Positions 46,567 through 55,714 of a stretch of DNA of 64,000 bases are shown piece by piece. A program made the translations under genes and the position numbers. Source of the DNA: Candidatus Rifleibacteriota bacterium (lineage in GTDB: Bacteria > Muiribacteriota > Ozemobacteria > Ozemobacterales > Ozemobacteraceae). The first letter of the stretch is position 1. Every line of letters starts with the position of its first letter. Below the pieces are notes generated by a model that had not been told where the DNA came from, did no database searches, and worked only from the letters and a program-made list of their open reading frames with translations. The stretch spans positions 3,086-67,085 of the forward strand of contig JAQVCG010000002.1 of NCBI GenBank assembly GCA_028689875.1, written 5' to 3'.

Positions 46567-47829
46567 ATGGTGAATATCGCTTATGCAAATAATTTGGGTG
46601 TGCTAAACTTGCCCCTCGAGTATAACCCGGGAAAACTAAAAAAAATCTTGGGTGCTTTGCCATTCGTCATTGAAGCAAACGGTATCAGAATTCTTGACCA
46701 CGAACCAATTGATTATAACGATATTATATCTGTCTCAGCTAACTCGGTTTATCTTGAAATCTTAAACCGAAATAACTCAGTTTTTAGGTTGAACTGCGGT
46801 TTTAAAGCGAAAAAATTCGCTGAACTTATTGAAATTGTAAAAAACGAAAATTCTGAGTATGCAAAATATTCCGATGAGCTTGAAACAGTTGATTTAAATG
46901 ATTCATTTGTTTTCGTAAAAAATATCCTGGAATTTAGAACGTTACCTTACGTGCGTGCTGTTAACTTCATTTTAAAAATTGCAATCGTAAAAAATTTGTC
47001 CGACATTCACTTTGAACCGACAGAATCAAACGAGATAAACCTCACCGTAAGGCAATCAGGACAAATAATCAAAGTTGTCTCATTAGAAAAGCATAAATAC
47101 GAAAGACTCGTAGCCAGGTTGAAATATTTGTCTAAATGTCTTTCTCACGTTGATGATATTGCTCAAGAAGGCTCTTTTAAGCATTCTAATATAGATGTGA
47201 GGCTGTCGACCTTTCCAACAGATAATGGTGAAAGAATCTCCTTAAGAATTATTAACACAATCAAATTTTTATCCCTAAATTCTCTGGGCTGGTCTGACAA
47301 ACAAGCTAGTATTTGGCTTGATTCAATTAAATGCAACAGAGGTCTATACATAATCTCAGGAAGAGTAGGAAGCGGCAAAACCACCGCCATGTATTCTTCG
47401 CTATATGAGCTTTCTATTTTAGGCGACCATTTAAGAGCAGTAACAATAGAAGACCCTGTTGAGTCATTTATCCCAGGAATATGCCAAGCATCTTTGTCTT
47501 CTATGAAAGAAAAATCATTGGCAAATGCTTTTAAACATATTTTGCGGCAAGATCCCAATATTATCGCCCTCGGAGAAATAAGAGACAGTAATTGTGTTAA
47601 AGAAGTCTTACAGGCTTCTTTGTCGGGGCATTTAATTTTTGCGACTTTTCATGCCGGTTCTATAGATGAAACTGTGGCAAGACTTAAACAAATGTCCTCA
47701 GACGAAAATATAGTATTAGCTGGCCTGAAAGGTATATTACACCTGGAATTAAAAAGAGAAGGGCAGGTATTGTGCCCCGAAGTTCATTTTGCGAAAATTT
47801 GTGAAAGCAAGCTGGAGCAAGTATTCTGA
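46567..47829 (+). CDS. GspE/PilB/PilT-superfamily secretion ATPase (type II secretion / type IV pilus assembly ATPase-like), short form without zinc-finger
   Basis: A 420-aa ORF. Walker A GRVGSGKTT, Asp box VTIEDPVE, Walker B/Arg finger ILRQDPNIIALGEIRD, His box SGHLIFATFHAG. The N-terminal ~220 aa are a divergent N2-like domain. There is no CxxC tetracysteine motif. Confidence 0.75.
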   Translation: MVNIAYANNLGVLNLPLEYNPGKLKKILGALPFVIEANGIRILDHEPIDYNDIISVSANSVYLEILNRNNSVFRLNCGFKAKKFAELIEIVKNENSEYAKYSDELETVDLNDSFVFVKNILEFRTLPYVRAVNFILKIAIVKNLSDIHFEPTESNEINLTVRQSGQIIKVVSLEKHKYERLVARLKYLSKCLSHVDDIAQEGSFKHSNIDVRLSTFPTDNGERISLRIINTIKFLSLNSLGWSDKQASIWLDSIKCNRGLYIISGRVGSGKTTAMYSSLYELSILGDHLRAVTIEDPVESFIPGICQASLSSMKEKSLANAFKHILRQDPNIIALGEIRDSNCVKEVLQASLSGHLIFATFHAGSIDETVARLKQMSSDENIVLAGLKGILHLELKREGQVLCPEVHFAKICESKLEQVF

Positions 47830-48827
47830 TGAAAAACTTAGGAATGGGTCTTTCCGGTTCTAAGAGCATCGATATGTTTGTTTTACATTTCGGTTCTCTT
47901 TTGTTAAACAAAAAGTCTATAAATTCCGCTCTGAGAGCTCTTGACGATGATAAAACTCCCAGATATATTTCATCGAGAGCCGTAAAAATGGTTGAATATC
48001 TGGAATCAGGCAATGTGGCTGATTATAACGTTTTTAAAAAAGCTTTTCCTTTTTTGCCTGATCGCGTCATACACATAATTTCTTTGCCGATTTCTGACCG
48101 CACAAAGGGAATATTGCTAGTTAATTGGAAATATATAAAATTTAGTGTAAAGACTTTATTCAGCTATATTTATGCCCCGATTCTATCAGTGTCTTTTGGT
48201 TGCTTTATTTTCAGATCTTGCGCGCTTTTTGCTTTTCCTCAATTAAAGGAAATTATGTATGGATTAAATGTTGAGCAGTCTCATTACGCAGAATTTCTAT
48301 TAGGCTCTGTTCTTGCTGAAGGATCTGCAGGAATTGTAATTATGATTCCTGTAGTTTTATTCTGTTTATTAATGCTGTTTGCAATAATTATTTTATTTGT
48401 CAAAGGTGCAAACAAGCTTCAAGACAGAGCAAACTTATTGCGAATGCTTGCTGTTTTGCCTTTTAACGAACGATTGTCGGTTCTGGCAATGATGTCAGAA
48501 AAGCAGGTTTATAGGTCAGAATATTCAATTTATAAAGACTTTACTAATCTCTTGAACGAAGGTGTTGACATAAATTCAGCTGCTGCCAGAGCAGGCTTAA
48601 ATTCTCAACTGGTTTGGCTCATGCACCCTGCTTTAAGAAACGAGACTTCTTCAGATGTGATATTCGATGTTGCGGTAATATTTGAAAAAAGATTGGAATA
48701 TCTGATTGCGAAAACCGGGCACACCTTGAGGTTTTTGGCAATATTATTTGAAGCAGTTTTATTCACATCTTGCGTTTGGATAATGTGTTCTTCATTATCA
48801 GCTATATTAGCGGGTGCAGTATTATGA
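47829..48827 (+). CDS. GspF/PilC-like inner-membrane platform protein (divergent), copy 1
   Basis: A 332-aa ORF starting 1 nt after the ATPase stop. It has two T2SSF-like cytoplasmic segments (LHFGSLLLNKKSINSALRAL and FTNLLNEGVDINSAAARAGL, cf. the GspF repeats L..lL.aG.pl..al) separated and followed by TM helices. Divergence is high, so the call is tentative. Confidence 0.45.
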   Translation: MKNLGMGLSGSKSIDMFVLHFGSLLLNKKSINSALRALDDDKTPRYISSRAVKMVEYLESGNVADYNVFKKAFPFLPDRVIHIISLPISDRTKGILLVNWKYIKFSVKTLFSYIYAPILSVSFGCFIFRSCALFAFPQLKEIMYGLNVEQSHYAEFLLGSVLAEGSAGIVIMIPVVLFCLLMLFAIIILFVKGANKLQDRANLLRMLAVLPFNERLSVLAMMSEKQVYRSEYSIYKDFTNLLNEGVDINSAAARAGLNSQLVWLMHPALRNETSSDVIFDVAVIFEKRLEYLIAKTGHTLRFLAILFEAVLFTSCVWIMCSSLSAILAGAVL

Positions 48828-49834
48828 AAAATAAAGCAGATTATGCTCAAATAATTGAATTTTGTCAGATTATGCTGATTATATCAAAAAGCGAAGGTCG
48901 CACAAGCGGTTCTTTATCTGCATTACTTACAAAAGATAATGAAAATAAAGCCTCTCAGTGGGCAGTAACAATTTCACGAAATCTTGAACAAGGCAATTCT
49001 ATTGAAGAATCATGTCAAATTCTTGAGAATGTAGACCCCGTATTGAATAGATTGTTGCCTTTGATATTAAAAAAACAACTTTATTATTTATTAGAATCAT
49101 ATATTCGTTTTCTTACTTTTCTTGAATTATTGAAAGAAGATACGAAAAATGCATTGTTTTATCCTTTTATTTTGGCGTGTTTGCTATTTTTGAGCCTTTT
49201 GCAGCTTAATTATGTTTTATTTCCCGAAATGGCAAAAATAGTACAAGATTTTGGTGCGAATTCGCCTTTTCTGATGAACATTCTATTTTTTGCAGACAAA
49301 GCATATTGGCCACTATCTTTGCTAATTCCATTAGTCATTTTATTATTTTTATTCTTAACAACCATGTCAGTCATTAACGGCGGAATTTATGCTAATTCAT
49401 TCATAGCTAAAATTACCGGGATACAAAAAGCTCTGAGATTGCAGGAAATATCAAGAATTCAAAATTTGATAGGATTATATCTTTCATCAGGCGAAACACT
49501 TGAAAATACCATACAAACTGTGGCTGAGCTATGTACGCAACAAAATAAATCTTACCTCTTATTTGTTGCAAAAAAACTTGCTGAAGGAATTTCCCACGAG
49601 ATACTTTTTGAAGATTCTGAAATTTTTGACATTATGTTGGGTAATGAAGGTGATAATGATTTATCATCCAGATTTAAAATAGCCTCAGAGAATAATTACA
49701 AATCATCTAAATTCCTTATAAAAGCATATTCCGGTGTTATGACTATGTTCTCTTTGCTCGCAGCTTCTCTTCTTGTTGCATTGATTGTGTGCGCTACTTT
49801 TGATTCATATTATTGGTTGATGTGGAGTATTTAA
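48824..49834 (+). CDS. GspF/PilC-like inner-membrane platform protein (divergent), copy 2
   Basis: The track ORF starts at 48770. I place the start at ATG 48824, which overlaps the copy-1 stop as ATGA, giving 336 aa. The N-terminal soluble segment (DYAQIIEFCQIMLIISKSEGRTSGSLSALL), TM helices, and a second soluble segment (IGLYLSSGETLENTIQTVAEL) mirror the two-repeat GspF architecture. Confidence 0.45.
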   Translation: MKNKADYAQIIEFCQIMLIISKSEGRTSGSLSALLTKDNENKASQWAVTISRNLEQGNSIEESCQILENVDPVLNRLLPLILKKQLYYLLESYIRFLTFLELLKEDTKNALFYPFILACLLFLSLLQLNYVLFPEMAKIVQDFGANSPFLMNILFFADKAYWPLSLLIPLVILLFLFLTTMSVINGGIYANSFIAKITGIQKALRLQEISRIQNLIGLYLSSGETLENTIQTVAELCTQQNKSYLLFVAKKLAEGISHEILFEDSEIFDIMLGNEGDNDLSSRFKIASENNYKSSKFLIKAYSGVMTMFSLLAASLLVALIVCATFDSYYWLMWSI

Positions 49835-50193
49835 TGATTTATCGTAAAGGTATAACTCTTGTTGAAATTTTAATTGCCGCTAGTTTGTGCGCTTTTATGC
49901 TTGTTTCAATAAATAAGCTAGCCGGAAATCTGAATAATACATTGAAAAAAACTGATAAAAACTCAGTTGCGATATTTATGATAGAAAGTATAAAAAACAA
50001 GGTAAAAGCTGACCTATCGAGTGGAATGGTTACATATGATGCTATAAATCCTGATATTACACAATTTACAAATTCAAAAGATTGGCACATCAAAGTAATA
50101 AAAAGAGAACAAAATGGAGTTAAATTAGTATTATTCAATAAAGATCTGTATTCCGGTTTAGTATATGAATTTGGAGTTTTTGAAAATGAATAG
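49834..50193 (+). CDS. pilin/pseudopilin with prepilin-type leader
   Basis: The track ORF starts at 49813. The ATG at 49834 overlaps the upstream stop (TAATG) and gives a 119-aa protein. Its MIYRKG|ITLVEILIAASLCAFMLV leader has Gly at -1, Glu at +5 and a hydrophobic helix. Confidence 0.6.
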   Translation: MIYRKGITLVEILIAASLCAFMLVSINKLAGNLNNTLKKTDKNSVAIFMIESIKNKVKADLSSGMVTYDAINPDITQFTNSKDWHIKVIKREQNGVKLVLFNKDLYSGLVYEFGVFENE

Positions 50194-50599
50194 AAGAGCT
50201 TTTACTCTTATAGAAATGATGATTGTGATTGCATTGATGGCGATAATAATCACTTTTGTGCATATCGGCAACACCGGATTTATGACAAATATTTCACAGA
50301 AAAATGAAATAATTAAGAATAACGATAATTTAGCCTCCTTTTATTTATACATGAAAACTCAATTAAAAAATTGTGATTCAGTTATCTTTGCTGATGAATA
50401 TATTGTAAAGTTTAAGCCGGATATAGTATTAAGAAGTCTTAATAATGGGCATTCTGTAGAATTTAATGACAAATTGTTCGTTTTTGGCAATAACTACAAA
50501 ATTTGGGGATATGAGAAAGTTGATGAAAACACCTTCTCAATGCAGTTTAGCAATGTTAATGAAAATATCAGAGTGTTTTGGAGAGTAGGAAATGAATAA
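50186..50599 (+). CDS. pilin/pseudopilin with prepilin-type leader
   Basis: The track ORF starts at 50165. The ATG at 50186 gives a 137-aa protein with an MNRRA|FTLIEMMIVIALMAIIITFV leader (Ala at -1, Glu at +5), the same RRAFT(L/M)IE leader as the pilin at 32400. Confidence 0.6.
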   Translation: MNRRAFTLIEMMIVIALMAIIITFVHIGNTGFMTNISQKNEIIKNNDNLASFYLYMKTQLKNCDSVIFADEYIVKFKPDIVLRSLNNGHSVEFNDKLFVFGNNYKIWGYEKVDENTFSMQFSNVNENIRVFWRVGNE

Positions 50600-50828
50600 C
50601 ATAAATAAACGTAAAGGATTCGTTCTCTTCTTAACCTTTTCTTTTGGTATATTTCTATTGTATTCTGCTTTTTCAGTAAGTTTTAATGACGTAGTGGCTT
50701 TGTGTAGAAAACAAAACCACTGCCTCGACTTGGCAGGAAGAATTAAAAATAGTGAAGCTAAAACTACTTTTATAGATCTTTCAGACTCCGAGTGTGAAAT
50801 TCAAAACAAATATGACAGCAACAGATAA
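50592..50828 (+). CDS. small pilin-like protein lacking Glu+5 (minor pseudopilin-like)
   Basis: A 78-aa ORF. MNNINKRKG|FVLFLTFSFGIFLLYSAF has a basic leader, Gly at -1, a Phe at +1 and a hydrophobic helix but no Glu5, as in GspK-type minor pseudopilins. It overlaps the upstream gene by 8 nt. Confidence 0.4.
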   Translation: MNNINKRKGFVLFLTFSFGIFLLYSAFSVSFNDVVALCRKQNHCLDLAGRIKNSEAKTTFIDLSDSECEIQNKYDSNR

Positions 50829-52716
50829 TTTGGACAACCTGCTTTACAAAGGAAAAACATTGGTCGCACTGACTCAAATGCTTGAGGAAGGGGCAGTGTG
50901 CGATGAAGATGTTTTGTTGTCGCTTTTTCAAGCTATAGATGATGATTTTTTATTGTGCAAATTTTTTGAACTGATTTCATCGCAAAATATTCAAAAAGGT
51001 ACTCAGTTGGCTGCAAAGTATCTGAACCACCCAAATCCAAGAGTTAGGGCTAACGCAATAGAAGTTGTCGCATTAGATATAAAGCCCCATTTAAGTAGGC
51101 TCCTAGATTTGGCAAACGATAAAAACAACCGTGTTGCAATAAATGCAATTATTGCACTTCAAAAGCATCCGGTTAAAAAAATGGATGAACTGATTAGTAA
51201 TCTGATTTATAAAACGCGTTCTGATTATAGTTTTAGTCTTTTGTACTTAATTGATAAATTGCCAAATTTCAACAAAATAGGGCTGCTTAATAAGCTGTTG
51301 TATGTACATAATCCGCATGTGAGAGACTTAGTATATGCTAAACTAAAAAAGCTCGAGAATAACGGTAATCAAAACGCTGCCAGGATAAGAAAAAATGTTG
51401 ATTCCCAAATTTTGATGCACCAAAATAGAAAGGATTTTTTTAGAAATACCTTAGATGATTTAATGGCATCATTTATTGATAGGTTTCAAGAAACTGATTT
51501 TTGCCAAGAAGAAATAAAAAGGTCAAAAGACCCTTTTGTTGAAAGAGAGGCAATCAAGAAGATACTAGATAAAGTTTCAATCGCTGATGTTGCTGATACC
51601 GGAACTCTTGAGAATATTAAATATATAGACTCTGATATAGAATTCTTAAACAATTTTTTGATTGCTTCTAAAAATAATTTTTCAAATTCAGAAGCTTTTA
51701 ATAAGGTCTTAATACGAATTGCTGAACAAGAGCTCGCAATATTAGAACAAAGGAAAAATTTCGCATTAACTTGTGCTATTTACGATTTATTTAAACCTGA
51801 TTATTCTGAAAAAAAAGAGGTTATATCAATTAAACCTGATTTAGCTTATTTAAAAGCTATAGTGTGGTCATATGTACCTGAAGAAGAATTCTCTGTTTTG
51901 CCGGGAAGAGAATTGTCGGTAATAGATATATTTACTCTTACAATGAATCTTTATCAAAAACATATTTGGGATTTTAGTGTTATAACATTTGAATATTTTT
52001 TAAAAGCAGCCATCTGGATTGGTTCAATTTTTGCTGCTTTTTATCTTATTCATCAATATATATTTCTTATATTTATTCCCGTTATATTGTTTTTTGTTGT
52101 TGTTTTTAAATGTTTAAAGCTTTTTATTGCATGGCAAATTTCTATCGTTCTGATGTTGCAAGATTTTGTACACGGTAGACCATACAATAAATCAGAAGTT
52201 TCTAATTCTGTATCAGAAATATTTACAACTGTTTATTATGTTGCTCAAGAAAAATATAAGCGCTTATTTTTATATGGTATCTTATTCACCGTTTTGGCCA
52301 AAGTCCTCTCTTTTGCTACACCGGCTTTTAGCATTGAAACAACAATGTATTCATTTATGAATTGGTTGGTTAATATTTCTTTCATCGTATTAACCAGTTG
52401 GCAAACCTTTAAGCTGCTTTTGGTTGAACCAATCGCTGTTATTGCTCCAAAATTCGATGCTTTTAAGACATCATTTGAGTTTTTTAACGAAAATAAACCA
52501 AAACTTATATTATTGTTTCTGATAGGTACTTTTTTGAGCAGCGCTGTTACGAACACTTCAGGACAGATTATGGATTTCTTGCCTTTCGGTTCATATCAAC
52601 TCTTTCTTAAATTGGTTCTTGTAATAGTTTCTAATCTGTTTTTGTCTCCGATTATTTTAAGTAATATGACAATATATTGTCTAATCAAATTTAAGAATTA
52701 TGAAGAAAAAATTTGA
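50794..52716 (+). CDS. polytopic membrane protein with N-terminal HEAT/PBS-like repeat domain, encoded within the pilus/T2SS-like operon
   Basis: A 640-aa ORF that overlaps the upstream gene. An alternative ATG lies at 50812. The N-terminal ~300 aa contain HEAT-like repeats (NPRVRANAIEVVALD, NNRVAINAIIALQKHP, NPHVRDLVYAKLKKL). The C-terminal ~250 aa contain 6-8 hydrophobic helices. Confidence 0.5.
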   Translation: MKFKTNMTATDNLDNLLYKGKTLVALTQMLEEGAVCDEDVLLSLFQAIDDDFLLCKFFELISSQNIQKGTQLAAKYLNHPNPRVRANAIEVVALDIKPHLSRLLDLANDKNNRVAINAIIALQKHPVKKMDELISNLIYKTRSDYSFSLLYLIDKLPNFNKIGLLNKLLYVHNPHVRDLVYAKLKKLENNGNQNAARIRKNVDSQILMHQNRKDFFRNTLDDLMASFIDRFQETDFCQEEIKRSKDPFVEREAIKKILDKVSIADVADTGTLENIKYIDSDIEFLNNFLIASKNNFSNSEAFNKVLIRIAEQELAILEQRKNFALTCAIYDLFKPDYSEKKEVISIKPDLAYLKAIVWSYVPEEEFSVLPGRELSVIDIFTLTMNLYQKHIWDFSVITFEYFLKAAIWIGSIFAAFYLIHQYIFLIFIPVILFFVVVFKCLKLFIAWQISIVLMLQDFVHGRPYNKSEVSNSVSEIFTTVYYVAQEKYKRLFLYGILFTVLAKVLSFATPAFSIETTMYSFMNWLVNISFIVLTSWQTFKLLLVEPIAVIAPKFDAFKTSFEFFNENKPKLILLFLIGTFLSSAVTNTSGQIMDFLPFGSYQLFLKLVLVIVSNLFLSPIILSNMTIYCLIKFKNYEEKI

Positions 52717-52728
52717 GCTGTAAATTGA

Positions 52729-53535
52729 TTATTTAGCTCTTTCGGGGATCAAAAACTTTAATATTAAAGCTAAAGTCAGACCGGTTAAAAAACCAATAAT
52801 ATGGCAATCAAATGCTACTCCACCAAGTAAAGGGTTGGTATTGTTTGCTTGCAACGCATTTATAAGTAAGTAAAAACCTAATACAACAAATGCCGGTACA
52901 TCAATTCGCCTAATAAAAAACCAAATTGGACAGAAAAAACTGGTAATAAGGTTTTTGGGGAAAAAAGCCATGTAAGCACCCATAATGCCACTTATTGCGC
53001 CACTCGCTCCCACCAGTGGAACTGTGGATTCAGGATTCAAATAAGCATGACCAATTCCTGAAATAGCACCCACAACTAAATAGAAAATAAGATAGCCTAT
53101 TTTACCCAGCCTCTCTTCAACGTTATCTGAGAAAATCCAAAAAAACCACATGTTAGATAATAAATGATCTAAACTTCCGTGTAAAAAACAAAATAATAAA
53201 GGCATTAACCAAATGATTATAGAATTAGTTTTAACTTTCAAAAATCCCAACAATTTTGCATCGTTTTCATTTTTAATACTTTCATTATATTCTTTCTCGT
53301 CAATTGAACGATTGATAAAATACTCTGTTTTGCCGTTAATATAAACTTCAGGCACTAACCCGTATTTATTGTTAAAGTTTGCTAATTTATAAATGCCAAT
53401 TGGAGATTTTTCCGGAGCTGAACCGATAATAGCCTGATAAGTGAATATTAGAAAACAAAATCCAATAATCCAATATGTTATTATCGGTTTACAGCTGATC
53501 TTTGAGTTCTTGTTGTCATGTACCGGAACGAACAT
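52729..53535 (-). CDS. rhomboid-family intramembrane serine protease
   Basis: A 268-aa ORF. The catalytic Ser motif GASGAISGIMGAYMAF and the His-containing helix (AFDCHIIGFLTGLTLA) sit within a 6-TM core, with an N-terminal extra TM. It lies 2 nt downstream of the oligopeptidase A paralog 2 stop. Confidence 0.75.
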   Translation of the reverse strand: MFVPVHDNKNSKISCKPIITYWIIGFCFLIFTYQAIIGSAPEKSPIGIYKLANFNNKYGLVPEVYINGKTEYFINRSIDEKEYNESIKNENDAKLLGFLKVKTNSIIIWLMPLLFCFLHGSLDHLLSNMWFFWIFSDNVEERLGKIGYLIFYLVVGAISGIGHAYLNPESTVPLVGASGAISGIMGAYMAFFPKNLITSFFCPIWFFIRRIDVPAFVVLGFYLLINALQANNTNPLLGGVAFDCHIIGFLTGLTLALILKFLIPERAK

Positions 53536-53536
53536 A

Positions 53537-55615
53537 TTATGTCCCAGAATTTAGTGAATGTCGCAAAAGAGCTTTTGTGTTTGATTCTCTACCGCGGAAC
53601 AATTTGAAAACTTCTGCAGGATGTAAGCTTCCACCCAAAGCCAGAACAGTGTTTCTGTATTTTCGACCTGTTGCTTTAATTGCTTCTTCATTGTCTATTC
53701 CGGCTTCTTCAAATGCAGCAAAAGCATCGGCACTTAATACTTCCGCCCATTTATAAGAGTAATAGCCTGCTGCATAGCCGCCTGCAAAAATATGGTTGAA
53801 GGATGCTAAAAACTTATCGTCTGCATAAGGCTTTACTATGCATGATTTATTGGCGATTTTCATATAAGCATCAAAAACACTTTCTGGGCCTGAAGGATCA
53901 TAATCGCTATGAAGATAAAGATCTGTCTTAGCAAATGAAATTTGCCTTTGCATTTGAAATGCAGCCCTGAATTTTTTCGCAGCTTTTAATTTTTCAAAAA
54001 GTTCATTCGGAATAGGCTCTTTGGTTTTGTAGTGTTCCGACATTTTTATCATTGTTGGCTTATTAACACACCAATTTTCCATAAACTGACTTGCTAATTC
54101 AACGGCATCCCATTCAATGCCATTTACACCGGCTGCCTCTGATTCATTAATAGTCGTTAACATGCCCTGCAATCCATGTCCAAATTCGTGAAACAAGGTA
54201 TTTACTTCAAAGAAACTCATAAGAGATGGGCGATGTTCAAGTGGTGGAGTCCCGTTGCATTCAATATATATAATCGGATTTCTAAGCTTGCCTTTGTAAA
54301 TTCTTCTGCTCGCACAAATGTTCATCCAAGCACCGCCACGTTTTTCAGATGGTCTTGAAAATGGATCTAAATAAAAGTGAGCGATCGTTTTTCCGCTTTC
54401 GTCAAAGATATCAAAAAAATCTACATTGTGGTGCCACTTAGGAATATCTGTTCGTGTAGATTTTTTGATTGAAATCCCAAAAAGTCTTTCACACAAACTA
54501 AATAAGCCTTCAATTACTTTTGGAAACGGAAAATAAGGTCTGACGTCATCTTCGGTGAAATTAAATTTTTTCTCCCGAAGTCTTTCTGCCCAGAAGGGGA
54601 TATCCCATTGCTTTAATTCTTCAGAAAAACCCGAATCAGCTGCAATTTTTTGTAATTCTAAATGTTCTTTTTCAGCGAATAGTTTTGTTTCTTTTTCCAG
54701 CTCATCAAACATCTGATAAACTTTTTGAGGCGTTTTTGCCATCTTAGTGTCTAAGCTGAATTCAGCGTAGTTTTTGTAACCCAAAAGTCTTGCTAATTCA
54801 CTTCTGAGGGTTAATATTTCTGTTATAAGTTTTATGTTGTCAGTTTCATCGGAAGTTGCACGGTTTACAAAAGCATTATAAACTTTAAACCTTAGATCTC
54901 TGTTTTTGCAGTTTTGCATAAATGGCTGGAAGCTTGGGTGATCTAAAGTGACGCTCCAAGGGCCAGAATCGGGCGTGGATTCTTTTGAATTATGCTTTTC
55001 GTTATAAGTTTGAGACGCCAGCATTTTAAGTGCTTTCGGCCAGCCGTCCGCATCTGCCGGGCTACTAACTATTAATTCAAATTTTTTTGTGGAATCTAGT
55101 ACATTATTGGAAAAATCACTGCCTAGTCTTTCAAGTCGATTAAATATTTCGTTAAAGCGCTTTTTTTCTTTTCCCTCAAGTGCAATGCCGGCTTGTTCAG
55201 CAAGTTTTATCTTTGTGTCAATAACTCTCTTCTTTGCATTATTGTAGGAGCTATACTCTTTGGTTTGTTTTATTTGCTTTAAACCTTCATATATTGGTTT
55301 ACTTTGAGACATTTGGAGAGTTAATTCAACAAACTCAGGCATACATTCCTGCAAAGCTTTTCTTAATTCACTTGAGTTTTTAACACTGATAAGGTGTTCT
55401 AATACCCCCCAAGTATATTCTAAAGGAACTTCTAAGTCTTCCAATGGCTTACATAAGCCTTCCCAGGTTAGAATTATATTCTTTTCTATTTTTGCCAATT
55501 CTTCTTTTATTTCGCTAAAGGTTTTCTTTAGGGCCGGAACAAAGTGCTCTGGTTTGATAAGGTCGAAGCGCGGAAGGTCTTCTCTGAGCATGAGAGGATT
55601 ATTTTGAAGTGACAT
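53537..55615 (-). CDS. M3-family oligopeptidase A (PrlC/OpdA-like), paralog 2
   Basis: A 692-aa ORF, the same length as paralog 1. FHEFGHGLQGMLT, GIEWDAVELASQFMENW and GGYAAGYYSYKWAEVLSADA are present. It is roughly 45% identical to paralog 1 by eye over the first 200 aa. Confidence 0.85.
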   Translation of the reverse strand: MSLQNNPLMLREDLPRFDLIKPEHFVPALKKTFSEIKEELAKIEKNIILTWEGLCKPLEDLEVPLEYTWGVLEHLISVKNSSELRKALQECMPEFVELTLQMSQSKPIYEGLKQIKQTKEYSSYNNAKKRVIDTKIKLAEQAGIALEGKEKKRFNEIFNRLERLGSDFSNNVLDSTKKFELIVSSPADADGWPKALKMLASQTYNEKHNSKESTPDSGPWSVTLDHPSFQPFMQNCKNRDLRFKVYNAFVNRATSDETDNIKLITEILTLRSELARLLGYKNYAEFSLDTKMAKTPQKVYQMFDELEKETKLFAEKEHLELQKIAADSGFSEELKQWDIPFWAERLREKKFNFTEDDVRPYFPFPKVIEGLFSLCERLFGISIKKSTRTDIPKWHHNVDFFDIFDESGKTIAHFYLDPFSRPSEKRGGAWMNICASRRIYKGKLRNPIIYIECNGTPPLEHRPSLMSFFEVNTLFHEFGHGLQGMLTTINESEAAGVNGIEWDAVELASQFMENWCVNKPTMIKMSEHYKTKEPIPNELFEKLKAAKKFRAAFQMQRQISFAKTDLYLHSDYDPSGPESVFDAYMKIANKSCIVKPYADDKFLASFNHIFAGGYAAGYYSYKWAEVLSADAFAAFEEAGIDNEEAIKATGRKYRNTVLALGGSLHPAEVFKLFRGRESNTKALLRHSLNSGT

Positions 55616-55714
55616 ACAAATTCCTTTCCTTAATCCATTTTATATTTGAAGATTAGTATATCACAAAATATATTTTAGTGTTATTCTAAAAGAAGCAAAC
55701 TAAAGGAGTAGAAA

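Noticed and set aside
44296-55615. Considered that the duplicated oligopeptidase A genes mark a recent segmental duplication or mobile-element insertion carrying the pilus operon
   Set aside because: The paralogs are only about 45% identical at protein level, with no extended nucleotide identity, no direct or inverted terminal repeats, and no integrase or transposase. This is an ancient paralogy, not a recent mobile event.
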